From: Geopsychrobacteraceae bacterium
GTDB lineage: Bacteria; Desulfobacterota; Desulfuromonadia; Desulfuromonadales; Geopsychrobacteraceae
Assembly (NCBI GenBank): GCA_963662315.1
Contig: OY759353.1
Coordinates: forward strand, 1,440,001-1,504,000
Reading direction: 5' to 3'
DNA length: 64,000 nucleotides
This document shows, piece after piece, positions 1-10,073 of this stretch. The notes beneath the pieces are model-generated. The model was not told the origin of the DNA and ran no database searches. It saw only the letters and a list, made by a program, of their open reading frames with translations. Within the stretch, counting starts at the first letter, position 1; every line of letters starts with the position of its first letter. The translations under genes and the position numbers were made by a program.

Positions 1-460
1 AGGGTCCAATAATTACATCGTATGTCTTTTCTGCGTCATTAAGATCTGCATTGGCAACGGTTTTTTCGGGTATTTTTTCCGCAGCAGAAATAACCTCAGA
101 GACCAATTTAGCGACCTCATCTTTCACCGGTTCATTTTCAATTGTCGCAGGAATTGAGAGGTCTTGAACTTGAACAACAGCACGGGGTAAGCGTTCTGGG
201 ACCGGAATCCTTTCGCTCTGAAACAACATCTGCGCCCCAGGCTTCTGAACCGGTTGGAAAAAAATGGATCTATCAATAAACAGTCCGCAGACAAGCAGAA
301 CAAGAACCAGGCAAACAACCAGAATAAACCATTGAGCCAGACGCCGGTCACGCTTCTGGACCGGATGAACCTCCCGCTGAATAACATCATCAAGACGCGA
401 GCTGCTGCCCTCCTGGCAGCTGATGTCTGAGTTCTCTGTAGAGGGATCCTGATCAGTCAT
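1..460 (-). CDS. Partial single-pass membrane protein, possibly SPOR-domain (runs off the window start)
   Basis: Not in the ORF track; translated by hand. ATG at 460 with GGAG RBS, open to base 1: MTDQDPST...WFILVVCLVLVLLVCGLF (TM)...KTYDVIIGP. The last residues resemble a SPOR domain start. Confidence 0.65.
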   Translation of the reverse strand, partial: MTDQDPSTENSDISCQEGSSSRLDDVIQREVHPVQKRDRRLAQWFILVVCLVLVLLVCGLFIDRSIFFQPVQKPGAQMLFQSERIPVPERLPRAVVQVQDLSIPATIENEPVKDEVAKLVSEVISAAEKIPEKTVANADLNDAEKTYDVIIGP

Positions 461-658
461 TTTTTACTCCACTGCTGTTTTTTCAAAAACGAGACTCAAG
501 CGCTATCGGCCATATTCTAAAAGGACCAAAGAAAGAAATCATCATAAAACACGAAAGGCACTCACAAAGGTGCCTCACGTTGCAACAGTTGATCTGCCCC
601 CTGAACCGGTTGCGAGCTATAGACAAACCGGCAAGGCAGGTATGCAGCCCCAAGCAGA

Positions 659-683
659 GGGGCACCTTGACAGGTGCCCTTCT
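659..683. terminator. GC-rich hairpin downstream of the EF-G gene
   Basis: GGGCACCT-TGAC-AGGTGCCC inverted repeat just past the stop at 692. No clear U-tract on the minus strand. Confidence 0.45.
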
Positions 684-691
684 TTGTTTGG

Positions 692-2773
692 TCAGGACTC
701 CGCAGCTGCCATTTCTTCCAGAATTTTTGCAGTCTGATGGGTTGGAACTTCTTCGTAACGGACAAATTCCATGGTAAACATGCCACGGTCGGAGGTCATT
801 GAACGTAATTCTGGTGCATACCGCAGAACCTCGGACATAGGCACTTCAGCCCGGATTACCTGGGCATTGGCCAGAGGTTCAACGCCGACAACCCGCCCGC
901 GGCGCGAATTCAGATCACCGATGACATCGCCCATACAATCATCCGGAACCGTCACTTCCATGGCCATAACAGGCTCAAGAAGAACCGGTTTACACTGCTC
1001 CATCGCCTTTTTAAAGGCCATCGATCCGGCGACCTTGAACGCCATCTCGGATGAATCGACGGAATGGTGAGAGCCATCATAAAGAGAAACCTGAACATCG
1101 ACGACCGGATTCTTGGTTAAAGGACCAGTCTTCATCGCCTCCTGAATCCCCTTGTCGACGGCAGGAATATAATTCCGCGGCACAACACCACCAACAACAT
1201 TATCGACAAACTCATACCCTTCACCACGCTGCAGGGGTTTGACTTCAATCCAGACATCGCCATACTGGCCACGTCCACCGGATTGCTTTTTGTATTTTCC
1301 CTGGACCTTGGTGGATGCTTTGATAGTTTCGCGGTACGGGACCTTGGGCTCTTTTAAAATAACATCGGCCCCATATTTGCGCTTCAACCGCTCAACGGCA
1401 ACTTCAAGATGAATCTGCCCCATGCCGGACAGAACCATTTCTTTTGTTTCTTCATCACGGGTAACACGCAACGTAGGATCTTCTTCCATCAAGCGCTGCA
1501 TACCTGTATAGATTTTATCTTCATCCCCTTTGGATTTCCCTTCAATGGCAAAGGAGATAATTGGCTTCAATGGCACCAAAGGCTCAAAAAGAACGGGCTG
1601 CTTCACATCACACAGCGTATCGCCGGTAGCGGTGACTTTCAGTTTCGGTACGGCAATAATGTCACCGGCAGCGGCAAGCGCCATCGGAACCTGCTTCTTC
1701 CCTTCCAGCTCAAAGATATGCCCGATGCGTTCCTTTTCATCCTTGTTTGGATTCAGAACCACATCATCAACAGACAAGGTTCCTGAATAGACTCGCATAA
1801 GGCTCAGTTTGCCAGCATACGGATCATTGATGGTTTTGAATACCATGGCCGAAAACGGCTCATCTTCACAAGGTTTACGTTCAACAGGTTCTTTGCTGCC
1901 AGGCTTAACACCCAGCTGGGTTCCTTTGTCAACCGGGGACGGCAAACAGATCACGATATAATCAAGAAGCTGACGAATACCGATATTCGCCAGGGCGCTG
2001 CCACACAAAACGGGGGTAAAAACACCCGTCAAAGTACCTTCACGCAAGCCTTGCAAGATTTCATTCTCACTCAGATCCTCACCTTCCAGGTATTTTTCCA
2101 TCAGGTCGTCATCAGCTTCAGCGATAGCTTCAATCAGCTGTTCACGTAAGCGCTGTGCTTCGGGCATCATATCAGCGGGGATATCTTCTTCCTTATAGGT
2201 CCCTTTTTCATCGAACTGGAAAATACGGGCTTTCATTTTGATCAGGTCAACAATCCCCTTGAAGGACTCTTCAGCACCAATCGGCATGGTGATGACCACC
2301 GCCCGGGCACCAAGGGATTTTTCCATATCATCAACGGCCTTCAGAAAGTCGGCGCGTTCACGATCCATTTTGTTGACAAATGCGATGCGCGGAACTTCGA
2401 AATCATCACACCATTTCCAGATCTGCTTGGTCTGGGCTTTGGTTCCGCTGATGGCTGAGACAATGACAACCGCACCACCCAGCACACGCAGGCAGCGGCG
2501 GGCATCATGGAGGAAATTGCTAACACCGGGAGTATCAACAATATGCAAACTGTGGTCGTTCCAAGTACAGTGATTCAAACTGGCGCTGAGAGTAGACTTG
2601 CGTTTAATTTCCTCTTCTTCAAAGTCCATTGAAGAAGTTCCATTATCAACCTTCCCCAATTTGTCAGACATGCCGGTATTAAACAGCATGGCTTCAACCA
2701 GAGAAGTTTTGCCGGCACTATTGTGTGCGACAATGCCAAGATTTCTCAATTTCGATGTGTCGTATTTACCCAT
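692..2773 (-). CDS. fusA: Elongation factor G paralogue (EF-G2-like)
   Basis: AHNSAGKTS P-loop, DTPG, NKMD, SGMGQIHLE, KKQSGGRGQYG and DGSHHSVDSSEMAF motifs. Start reassigned to MGKYD (2773), which has an AAGGAG RBS. Confidence 0.95.
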   Translation of the reverse strand: MGKYDTSKLRNLGIVAHNSAGKTSLVEAMLFNTGMSDKLGKVDNGTSSMDFEEEEIKRKSTLSASLNHCTWNDHSLHIVDTPGVSNFLHDARRCLRVLGGAVVIVSAISGTKAQTKQIWKWCDDFEVPRIAFVNKMDRERADFLKAVDDMEKSLGARAVVITMPIGAEESFKGIVDLIKMKARIFQFDEKGTYKEEDIPADMMPEAQRLREQLIEAIAEADDDLMEKYLEGEDLSENEILQGLREGTLTGVFTPVLCGSALANIGIRQLLDYIVICLPSPVDKGTQLGVKPGSKEPVERKPCEDEPFSAMVFKTINDPYAGKLSLMRVYSGTLSVDDVVLNPNKDEKERIGHIFELEGKKQVPMALAAAGDIIAVPKLKVTATGDTLCDVKQPVLFEPLVPLKPIISFAIEGKSKGDEDKIYTGMQRLMEEDPTLRVTRDEETKEMVLSGMGQIHLEVAVERLKRKYGADVILKEPKVPYRETIKASTKVQGKYKKQSGGRGQYGDVWIEVKPLQRGEGYEFVDNVVGGVVPRNYIPAVDKGIQEAMKTGPLTKNPVVDVQVSLYDGSHHSVDSSEMAFKVAGSMAFKKAMEQCKPVLLEPVMAMEVTVPDDCMGDVIGDLNSRRGRVVGVEPLANAQVIRAEVPMSEVLRYAPELRSMTSDRGMFTMEFVRYEEVPTHQTAKILEEMAAAES

Positions 2774-2883
2774 GAATCGCTCCTTTTCAAAAAAGCCTGC
2801 TATGGAGTTACTGGTGAAAACAGGTCTCCATCTCATTAGTGCAGACGCACTAAATAACAGGGTATAAGGTGACAACAACCAGT

Positions 2884-3651
2884 TTAATCTCTATTCCTTT
2901 CGTAAATTATGCGCAGTCCATCCAGGGTTAAAAAGGGTTCGACCTGATCGATACAGTCAGTAGCGGCTGCAATCGGAGCCGAGAGCCCTCCTGTGGCAAT
3001 GACCTTCGTATTTTTTTTCATCTCCTCCTTCATCCGGCTGACAATCCCTTCGACCAGTCCGACGTAACCAAAGAAGATTCCTGCCTGCATGCTATTTACG
3101 GTGTTTTTGGCAATAATCTGTGCGGGACGGGCAAACTCGACCCGCGGTAACTTACTGGCACGTTCAAATAACGCATCGGACGCGATACCGACCCCGGGAG
3201 AAATAGCGCCACCTAAATAGCAGCCATCATCGGAGACCACGTCAAAGGTTGTGGCGGTACCGAAATCAACAACGATTAATCCTTCATGGTATTTTTCATA
3301 AGCGGCGACAGCATTAACAATCCGATCAGCGCCGACCTCACGCGGATTGTCATACAGTATCTTCATACCGGTTTTAATTCCCGGGCCAACAACATAGGGG
3401 GTCAGATGAAAATATTTACGACAAAGGCCATCGACAGTGTTAAGCATGGAAGGGACAACACTGGAGACGATAACATCCCTGAGATCACTGAAATTCAGAC
3501 CGGAGAGCCGAAACAGATCATTGATCAGCATCGCATACTCATCTACAGTACGATACTTGCTGGTCCCAACGCGCCAATCCTGCTTCAGCTCTGCTCCCTG
3601 GTAAATGCCAAGGACGGTATTACTGTTTCCAACATCAATCACCAACAGCAT
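2884..3651 (-). CDS. coaX: Type III pantothenate kinase
   Basis: [31 protein letters not shown] and ATGG motifs; lies directly after birA. Confidence 0.95.
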   Translation of the reverse strand: MLLVIDVGNSNTVLGIYQGAELKQDWRVGTSKYRTVDEYAMLINDLFRLSGLNFSDLRDVIVSSVVPSMLNTVDGLCRKYFHLTPYVVGPGIKTGMKILYDNPREVGADRIVNAVAAYEKYHEGLIVVDFGTATTFDVVSDDGCYLGGAISPGVGIASDALFERASKLPRVEFARPAQIIAKNTVNSMQAGIFFGYVGLVEGIVSRMKEEMKKNTKVIATGGLSAPIAAATDCIDQVEPFLTLDGLRIIYERNRD

Positions 3652-3669
3652 ATGGGTCTCAACCTTCTT

Positions 3670-4650
3670 TTATAGAGCAAACGGCTTCACATCGCCGCTG
3701 ACAATTTTACTGATAACACCGTCCTCACCCTGAAGCAGTAAGGCACCATCACTATCCAAGCCAACAACGGTACCGACCTGCACAACATCACCCTGTTCAA
3801 CCCGTACCTGCTGATTCATGATATTGCAACGTGCTTCCCAGCGTTTGCGAATGGGAGCAAAACCCTCGGTAAGAAGTTCAAGGTAGTAGCGATCAAGGGT
3901 TTGCAGCAGCTGCCTTGCAAATGCACAGCGGTCAACCAGCTTGCCGCTGAGCAGAAAAGCAGAGGTCGCCGGATAATTCTGCCGCTCGGGGAGCTGTTCG
4001 GCAGTAATATTGAGATTGACCCCCATGCCCAGTACAACAAAATGAATCAACTCCGTCTCGGCACTCATTTCGTTAAGCAGCCCGGCAATCTTCAACCCGT
4101 CAACCAAAATGTCATTAGGCCACTTCACCTGAGCCGTCAATCCACAACAGGTTTCGATTGTTTCAGCAACACTAACGGCAGAAAGAAAGGTTAACTGAGG
4201 AGCCTTCTGCACCGGAATCCGGGGTCTGAGCAAAACCGAACAGTAAAGATTGACACCCGGCGGGGAAACCCAGCTACGCCCCAGACGACCGCGCCCTGCC
4301 GTTTGCTGGTCAGCCAGGACAACAAGCCCCTCGCCGGCGCCATTTTCACCGGCCTGGCGGGTGTAGATGTTGGTTGAATCAATCTCAGGAAAGGTTTCTA
4401 CTGAACCGCCGATAATCTGGACATCAAGATCCTTTTTGATGTCAGCAGCAAGTAGCAAATCAGGGCTGTCGATTAGGCTGTAACCGGCAGAGTGTTTGGA
4501 ATCGATGCGAAAACCTAATTCGCGCAGGGCTTTGACCTGTTTCCAGACCGCAGCACGAGAGATATTCAGCGTATCACTGATTTCCTGCCCGGAAACATAT
4601 TGTCCGGGCCTTTCCCGAAAAAAATTTAAGATCCGATCGCGCGAGGTCAA
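3670..4650 (-). CDS. birA: Bifunctional biotin-protein ligase / biotin repressor
   Basis: N-terminal HTH (SGQEIS..LNISRAAVWKQV), STN, QTAGRGRLGR, KWPND and KIAGLL. TTG start. Confidence 0.95.
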   Translation of the reverse strand: MTSRDRILNFFRERPGQYVSGQEISDTLNISRAAVWKQVKALRELGFRIDSKHSAGYSLIDSPDLLLAADIKKDLDVQIIGGSVETFPEIDSTNIYTRQAGENGAGEGLVVLADQQTAGRGRLGRSWVSPPGVNLYCSVLLRPRIPVQKAPQLTFLSAVSVAETIETCCGLTAQVKWPNDILVDGLKIAGLLNEMSAETELIHFVVLGMGVNLNITAEQLPERQNYPATSAFLLSGKLVDRCAFARQLLQTLDRYYLELLTEGFAPIRKRWEARCNIMNQQVRVEQGDVVQVGTVVGLDSDGALLLQGEDGVISKIVSGDVKPFAL

Positions 4651-4662
4651 TGTGGCTCCATA

Positions 4663-5490
4663 TCAGGCAAAAAGCATTGAAATATCGGTGGCTCTGACAG
4701 AATGGGTCAAGGCTCCGACGGAAATAAAATCGACTCCGGTTTCAGCAATATCCCTAACGGTATCAAGATTGACACCGCCTGAAGCCTCAACCTGAGCGCG
4801 CCCGTCTATAAGGCTAACAGCTTCTCTGAGTTCAGCAAGGGTCATATTGTCAAGCATGATCACATCAGCCCTGGAATCAAGAGCTTCCTGGACTTCAGTC
4901 ATGGTGGTGGTCTCAACCTCAACTTTCAGAGTATGGGGAGACAGTGCACGAGCCCGCTGCACTGCAGCACCAAGACCACCAGCCGCCGCAATGTGATTTT
5001 CCTTGATCAGAATACCATCGAAAAGTCCAATCCGATGATTGTGTCCGCCCCCCATACGCACTGCATATTTATCAAGAGCTCTTAACCCGGGTACAGTCTT
5101 CCGCGTATCGACAATAGTCGCTCCGGTGTGGGCAATTGCGGAAACATACGTCGCCGTCAGAGTGGCAATGCCACTCATGCGCTGCAGCAGATTAAGGGCA
5201 ACACGCTCCCCCTGCAGCAGAAACATGGCGCGCCCTTTAATCCAGGCGATAACCTCACCTTTTTTTACGTTATGTCCATCACTGGAAATTTTCTCAAAAG
5301 AGATTTCACGATCAAGCTGTCTGAATACTTCTGCGACAACATCCAGACCGGCAACAACAAAATCTTCTTTAGCAACCAGCTCGGCACGGGCCATGGTTTC
5401 CGGGGCCACAGTCACACTGGTCGTCATATCACCAAGACCGATATCCTCCTGCAGTGCAGTACGCACAATTCTCTCGACTTCAAACTGCAT
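4663..5490 (-). CDS. nadC: Nicotinate-nucleotide pyrophosphorylase (quinolinate phosphoribosyltransferase)
   Basis: ERVALN, DTRKT, HR.GLFD, KENH, EVE, MLDN, EASGG and SVGALTHS. ATG at 5490 follows GGAG; GTG at 5499 is an alternative start. Confidence 0.95.
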   Translation of the reverse strand: MQFEVERIVRTALQEDIGLGDMTTSVTVAPETMARAELVAKEDFVVAGLDVVAEVFRQLDREISFEKISSDGHNVKKGEVIAWIKGRAMFLLQGERVALNLLQRMSGIATLTATYVSAIAHTGATIVDTRKTVPGLRALDKYAVRMGGGHNHRIGLFDGILIKENHIAAAGGLGAAVQRARALSPHTLKVEVETTTMTEVQEALDSRADVIMLDNMTLAELREAVSLIDGRAQVEASGGVNLDTVRDIAETGVDFISVGALTHSVRATDISMLFA

Positions 5491-5697
5491 TAAACTCACT
5501 CCACACCATCGTCAGGCCCTTACATAAGAGGGCGATTGCACAATAAAAGATGTTTAAGCTATAGCATAACGGACAACGCTCCCGCAACCGAAATTACCCC
5601 CGCAAAGAAAGCTAAATCCTCTTTACATTTCCACAACTTGTGTTAGATATTATTATTTCGTCCCGATACTGTAACAAGTACTTCTGAAGGAGTAAAA

Positions 5698-6603
5698 ATG
5701 AGAAGAAACAGTCTGATAATGATTTGCTGCCTGTTATTATCACTGACCTCCTGCGTCAGCAAAAACGTCTATCAGCAAAAAGTTAATGAAGCCGATATCC
5801 TGCAGCGTGATGTTGCCGATCTTACCACCACCCGCCAGAACCTATTGGCGGAAATCGCACAGCTGCAGGCCGACCGTTCCAAACTGAATGCACGTCTGGT
5901 TGAAGTTCTGAAACAGAACTCAAGCCTGCAGCGCGACCTGCTTGCGGCCAATGCCAATCAGGAACGCCAGGCCGACAACCTGACCATCCATCAAGAACAG
6001 ATTGCCGCTCTGCAGAACCAGCTACAAAATATGCAGGACACCAATGATCAGTTATTGGCAACGATTGAGGAACTTAACCAGGCTATCGAGAAGGAAAAAG
6101 TCGCCCGCGAGGCCCGTCTGGCCAAAGTCAAAAACACCTATGACCAACTGGTTGGTGCCCTGGAAAATGAAATCAAGCGTGGGGAACTGACTATTTCAAA
6201 CCTGGAAGGCCAACTGTCGGTCAACCTGTTAAACCAGATTCTGTTTGATTCCGGGGAAACAGCCATCAAAAAAGAAGGGCAAAAGGTTTTAAAAAGTCTT
6301 GGCGATGTCCTGAACAAATTCCCGGACAAGGCGCTGATGATTGAAGGGCACACGGATAACGTGCAGATCAGCAGTCGCTTAAAGGAACAATATCCGACCA
6401 ACTGGGAGCTTTCCACCGCGCGTGCAACCAGCGTTGTCCATTTTTTACAGGACAGTGTCGGGTTGCCGGGTGAACGCCTGATCGCGGCTGGGTACAGTCA
6501 GTACAAACCGGTTGCCAGCAATGAGGACAGTGATGGCAGAGCCCAGAACCGGCGAATCCAGATCTTGCTTGTTCCCTACGACAATAAAGGTAAGGATCGG
6601 TAA
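5698..6603 (+). CDS. OmpA/MotB-family peptidoglycan-binding lipoprotein with a long coiled coil
   Basis: Lipobox LTSC, Q/L-rich coiled coil, and C-terminal IEGHTDN...NWELSTARA...NRRI. AAGGAG RBS. Confidence 0.9.
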   Translation: MRRNSLIMICCLLLSLTSCVSKNVYQQKVNEADILQRDVADLTTTRQNLLAEIAQLQADRSKLNARLVEVLKQNSSLQRDLLAANANQERQADNLTIHQEQIAALQNQLQNMQDTNDQLLATIEELNQAIEKEKVAREARLAKVKNTYDQLVGALENEIKRGELTISNLEGQLSVNLLNQILFDSGETAIKKEGQKVLKSLGDVLNKFPDKALMIEGHTDNVQISSRLKEQYPTNWELSTARATSVVHFLQDSVGLPGERLIAAGYSQYKPVASNEDSDGRAQNRRIQILLVPYDNKGKDR

Positions 6604-6631
6604 TCACACGACTCCTTATTGCCATCAATTG

Positions 6632-6664
6632 AAAGCCCGTGCTCTGAATCAGCGCGGGCTTTTT
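6632..6664 (+). terminator. Rho-independent terminator
   Basis: AAAGCCCGTGCT...AGCGCGGGCTTTTT after the stop at 6603. Confidence 0.75.
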
Positions 6665-6731
6665 GATTTTTATCTGCATCTGTGAAAGCATGGAGACTAC
6701 AGGACAAAAAAAGAGAAAGGACATCTGCCCC

Positions 6732-7856
6732 ATGGAGATAGATCTAACATTGGAAAAAATCGCTGAGAAACTACAGTCATTGATGCTCGGTAACACTGTG
6801 ACCGAATGGCTCATAGCGCTGGCAGTTTTGATTCTTGCTGTCTGCATAACCCTGGGCTTGCGCTGGCTGAGTATCAACCGTCTTGAAGCTCTCACAAAAA
6901 ACCTGCACATCAGTTTTGTCAATGCATTGACCATTGCCCTGCGAAAAACCTCGCTGGTTATTCTATTTTTCCCACTGCTTCTGTTTGCTTCCGGGTGGCT
7001 TGACCTGCCTGCCGGGTTATCCAGAGGTCTTGACATTCTGGCGACAATAGCCTTTTTTCTGCAGTTGGGCATCTGGTTGTCTGCTATCACCACAACACTG
7101 ATTCAGCATTCCCGCCAACAGGCCCTGACCAAAAACGCATCTGCCGCAACCAGTCTTTCGGCACTTTCGTTTGTCAGCAGATTGCTCATCTGGTCGGTCA
7201 TTATCCTGTTGACCCTCGACAACCTCGGTATTGATGTCACAGCATTGGTTGCCGGACTAGGCGTTGGCGGTGTCGCAGTGGCCCTGGCGATTCAAAATAT
7301 TCTTGGCGACCTGTTCGCCAGCCTATCCATAATTATCGATAAACCGTTTGAGATCGGTGATTTTATTATCGTCAATGAGTATCTCGGCTCGGTGGAGAAC
7401 ATCGGGCTGAAAACAACCCGCATCCGCAGTCTTGGCGGGGAACAGATTATTTTTTCCAACAGTGACCTGCTGTCATCACGGGTGCGCAATTATAAACGCA
7501 TGCAGGAACGACGTGTCGTTTTTTCCTTTGGGGTGTTGTATCAGACACCGGTCGACCAACTGGAAGAAATCCCCAACCTGGTTCGAAGTATTATTGAAGG
7601 TCTTGGGGCCATCCGTTTTGACCGCGCCCATTTTTTCAAATTCAGCGAGTCATCTCTGGATTTTGAAGTGGTGTATTATATTAGCTCCGCTGACTACAAT
7701 ACCTACATGGATACCCAACAAGCGATAAATCTGGCTCTGATGCGTGAATTTTCCAAGCGCAACGTTCAGTTCGCCTATCCGACACGATCGATCTATGTCG
7801 AGTCACCGGTTCCGGTTCGTCTGGAAGCACAATCGGCGCCAGGCGCATCACCCTAG
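6732..7856 (+). CDS. MscS-family mechanosensitive channel
   Basis: Several TM helices, then LVAGLGVGGVAVALAIQNILGD, DKPFEIGDFI, GSVENIGLKTTRIRSL and FAYPT. Start moved to ATG 6732 (AAAGGA RBS). Confidence 0.92.
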   Translation: MEIDLTLEKIAEKLQSLMLGNTVTEWLIALAVLILAVCITLGLRWLSINRLEALTKNLHISFVNALTIALRKTSLVILFFPLLLFASGWLDLPAGLSRGLDILATIAFFLQLGIWLSAITTTLIQHSRQQALTKNASAATSLSALSFVSRLLIWSVIILLTLDNLGIDVTALVAGLGVGGVAVALAIQNILGDLFASLSIIIDKPFEIGDFIIVNEYLGSVENIGLKTTRIRSLGGEQIIFSNSDLLSSRVRNYKRMQERRVVFSFGVLYQTPVDQLEEIPNLVRSIIEGLGAIRFDRAHFFKFSESSLDFEVVYYISSADYNTYMDTQQAINLALMREFSKRNVQFAYPTRSIYVESPVPVRLEAQSAPGASP

Positions 7857-7875
7857 CCCGTGTCGGTGTGTGCAA

Positions 7876-9024
7876 TTAATCCGCTTCAAGCACAACGCGA
7901 TTACGCCCAGTCTGTTTGGCCTGATACAGGGCTTGATCAACCCGCCCGATCAGATCATCAATCGTGTCGTCAGGCCGCAGTTGGGCGACCCCAAGGCTGA
8001 TGGAGATATGACCAACCCCGGCAACGTTTGCTGTCGCAACCTCACCACGAATCCGCTCCGCCAGAGGCTGCGCCTCACCGATTGTTGTCTCAGGCAACAG
8101 GACAAGAAACTCTTCGCCCCCCCAACGAATCAGCACATCACCCTGGCGAACCAAACCACGGATCAAGCGGCATAAAAGTTTGAGCACCTCATCCCCAACC
8201 GAGTGACCGAAGCGATCATTAACATTTTTGAAATGATCGATATCCAGCATAATCACAGAGAAGGTATCCAGGCCAGCACCTTGCGGTTGATCAACGGTAT
8301 CTACAATCTCATCAAACTTACGCCGGTTAAACGTCTGCGTTAAAGTGTCAGTTACGGCCAGATGTTCAACTTGTTTCAGGGATTCTGTCAGCTGCGCGGC
8401 AAGGTCTCCAATTTCAGCCAGTGCCTCATTCAGCTCACTGGTCCGTTCCTTAACCCGGACTTCTAACTGTTCTTTCGTATTCTCCATTTCCTGTTCGGCC
8501 TTCTGCCGGCGCAGATTCTCAAAACCAAGGCGCATAAGCAGTTTGAAGAACAGGGTAAAAAAATTGATAAGGTGCTCAACTCTCCCCGGACGGACAATCG
8601 GGACCTTATCGACCGCAGCGAGATAATCCTCCATATCAAAACCGTAGGCCAAAGCCTGGCGCTTAAAGTAGTCCAGATCAGGAGTTTCCTGAAAAAACTG
8701 GCTGAGAAAGAAATAGCCAAGCACTCGTGATTCAAGCTGGAGGGGCATAGCAACTTCAACGAGCCCGTTAGGACACCGGTAAATAAGATACTCTTTACGG
8801 TTCAGGTATTCTTTGATGCGTTCTTCACAAAGGAGGCAATTGTTGCGCGTCTCGGGGTGCATACGATGAAAGTTTTTACAGATATCCTGCCAGCCAATGG
8901 AGATCAGCCAATTGTTTTGGTTATCGATGATACCAACAGCCAGTCCTGCGCCTTCGTAAAAGAAGCGCATCATTTCACGCAAGTCATTAATCTCGATAAT
9001 ATCCTGAAGCTCAAGATTCCGCAT
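7876..9024 (-). CDS. PocR sensor-domain diguanylate cyclase
   Basis: N-terminal PocR pattern (GWQDICKNFHRMHP...C...YRCPNGL). GGDEF domain with DIDHFK.VND.FGH..GD, an RxxD I-site (RQGD) and WGGEEF. Confidence 0.9.
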   Translation of the reverse strand: MRNLELQDIIEINDLREMMRFFYEGAGLAVGIIDNQNNWLISIGWQDICKNFHRMHPETRNNCLLCEERIKEYLNRKEYLIYRCPNGLVEVAMPLQLESRVLGYFFLSQFFQETPDLDYFKRQALAYGFDMEDYLAAVDKVPIVRPGRVEHLINFFTLFFKLLMRLGFENLRRQKAEQEMENTKEQLEVRVKERTSELNEALAEIGDLAAQLTESLKQVEHLAVTDTLTQTFNRRKFDEIVDTVDQPQGAGLDTFSVIMLDIDHFKNVNDRFGHSVGDEVLKLLCRLIRGLVRQGDVLIRWGGEEFLVLLPETTIGEAQPLAERIRGEVATANVAGVGHISISLGVAQLRPDDTIDDLIGRVDQALYQAKQTGRNRVVLEAD

Positions 9025-9391
9025 GCAGCAGCCTTTCTGCCGGCATCATGACGAGAAGCAACAAGCAGGTTGTCTAATATTGTATCAGGATTATTAAGAC
9101 ACTCAATCTAAGGAAAGCTATTGATTAGCGAACCAGATAGCCCGTCTCAGCATTCCAACCGGGATAACCGTCGCAGTGGAAACACCCAGAATCGTTGGCC
9201 TGCCGGACCACGTTCCTCCGTTTGACAGACAGTACCTACCCTGTGATCAGATCATTTTAAGTCACTAAAACCCATGACGGTCTTGACAATCACCTCTCAC
9301 TTACAGGAATAATCGAGGTCGCTAAATTCTTCAGGCCGCAGTAACGAAAGCCAGGGGAATTCTTCAACCACTTAACAACATGGATAAAATC

Positions 9392-9790
9392 ATGAACACT
9401 CCCTACAGAACACACAGCACAGCCATCGGTTACCTGCTCTGGGTTTTCGGCTTTACCGGGTCTCATCGCTTTTATTATGGCAAACCGGTTTCCGGAACAG
9501 TTTACTTTTTTACCCTTGGCTTATTGGGCATCGGCTGGCTTATCGACCTGTTTCTTATCCCCGGAATGGACCGCGAAGCGGACTTGCGCTACATCGCCGG
9601 TCCCTTTGATTATACCGTAGTCTGGATTCTGCTTACGTTTCTCGGTTTGTTTGGTGTGCATCGTATGTATCTCGGTAAATGGATCAGCGCGATCATCTAT
9701 CTGTTTACCGGCGGCCTGTTCGGTTTTGGCATTCTTTACGATTTTTGGACCCTGAATGAACAAGCGTCCTTGAAGAACCGCATGGTCTGA
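9392..9790 (+). CDS. TM2 (NINE) domain membrane protein with two TM2 repeats
   Basis: GFTGSHRFYYGK and GLFGVHRMYLGK repeats. Alternative start at 9380. Confidence 0.88.
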   Translation: MNTPYRTHSTAIGYLLWVFGFTGSHRFYYGKPVSGTVYFFTLGLLGIGWLIDLFLIPGMDREADLRYIAGPFDYTVVWILLTFLGLFGVHRMYLGKWISAIIYLFTGGLFGFGILYDFWTLNEQASLKNRMV

Positions 9791-9794
9791 CATT

Positions 9795-9832
9795 AAAAAA
9801 GCGCAGCCAAAATGCTGCAGGCTGCGCTTTTA
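9795..9832 (+). terminator. Rho-independent terminator, potentially bidirectional
   Basis: AAAAGCGCAGCC...GGCTGCGCTTTT. Confidence 0.7.
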
Positions 9833-10001
9833 TCTGTTTCAGTGGTTAGAAAGCCCGGGCGAGTTTAAACCAGTTTTTTTCGCCTTCAGACCTGTTTTCT
9901 ACCAACTTTTCTTTTTGATAACGCACTTCAATGCTCATATTCTGGTAGTCAGACTTAAAAGCCAGACCATAGAAGTGAAACTAAAAGTGACCAAACAACG
10001 A

Positions 10002-10029
10002 TAAACTTTTCAAACCTTCCTGCCGATAA
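10002..10029 (+). promoter_or_regulatory. Putative sigma28 (FliA) promoter
   Basis: TAAACTTT-N12-GCCGATAA against the consensus TAAAGTTT-N11-GCCGATAA. The -10 octamer is perfect and ends 45 nt before ATG 10074. Confidence 0.7.
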
Positions 10030-10073
10030 GAAAGGTCTGTTCACCTAAATGAAAACAACGGCGGGAGGTCAAA

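Noticed and set aside
503..530. GCCGATAG (sigma28 -10-like) upstream of the partial first gene
   Set aside because: There is no TAAA-like -35 at the required spacing.
124..786. Short ORFs in the track (124-393, 483-665, 562-786, 580-777)
   Set aside because: They lack RBSs or domains. The real gene here is the minus-strand frame starting at 460.
9191..9230. ATCGTTGGCC resembling the start of a glnA glutamine riboswitch
   Set aside because: The downstream conserved junction and stems are absent, and the gene context does not fit.
9321..9361. Possible GEMM (c-di-GMP/cGAMP) riboswitch (CTAAA...CGAAAGCC)
   Set aside because: No GNRA-capped P2 stem or matching P3 could be built. Kept only as a generic hairpin.
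9846..9938. 30-codon minus-strand ORF (MSIEVRYQ...)
   Set aside because: No RBS and no recognisable motif.
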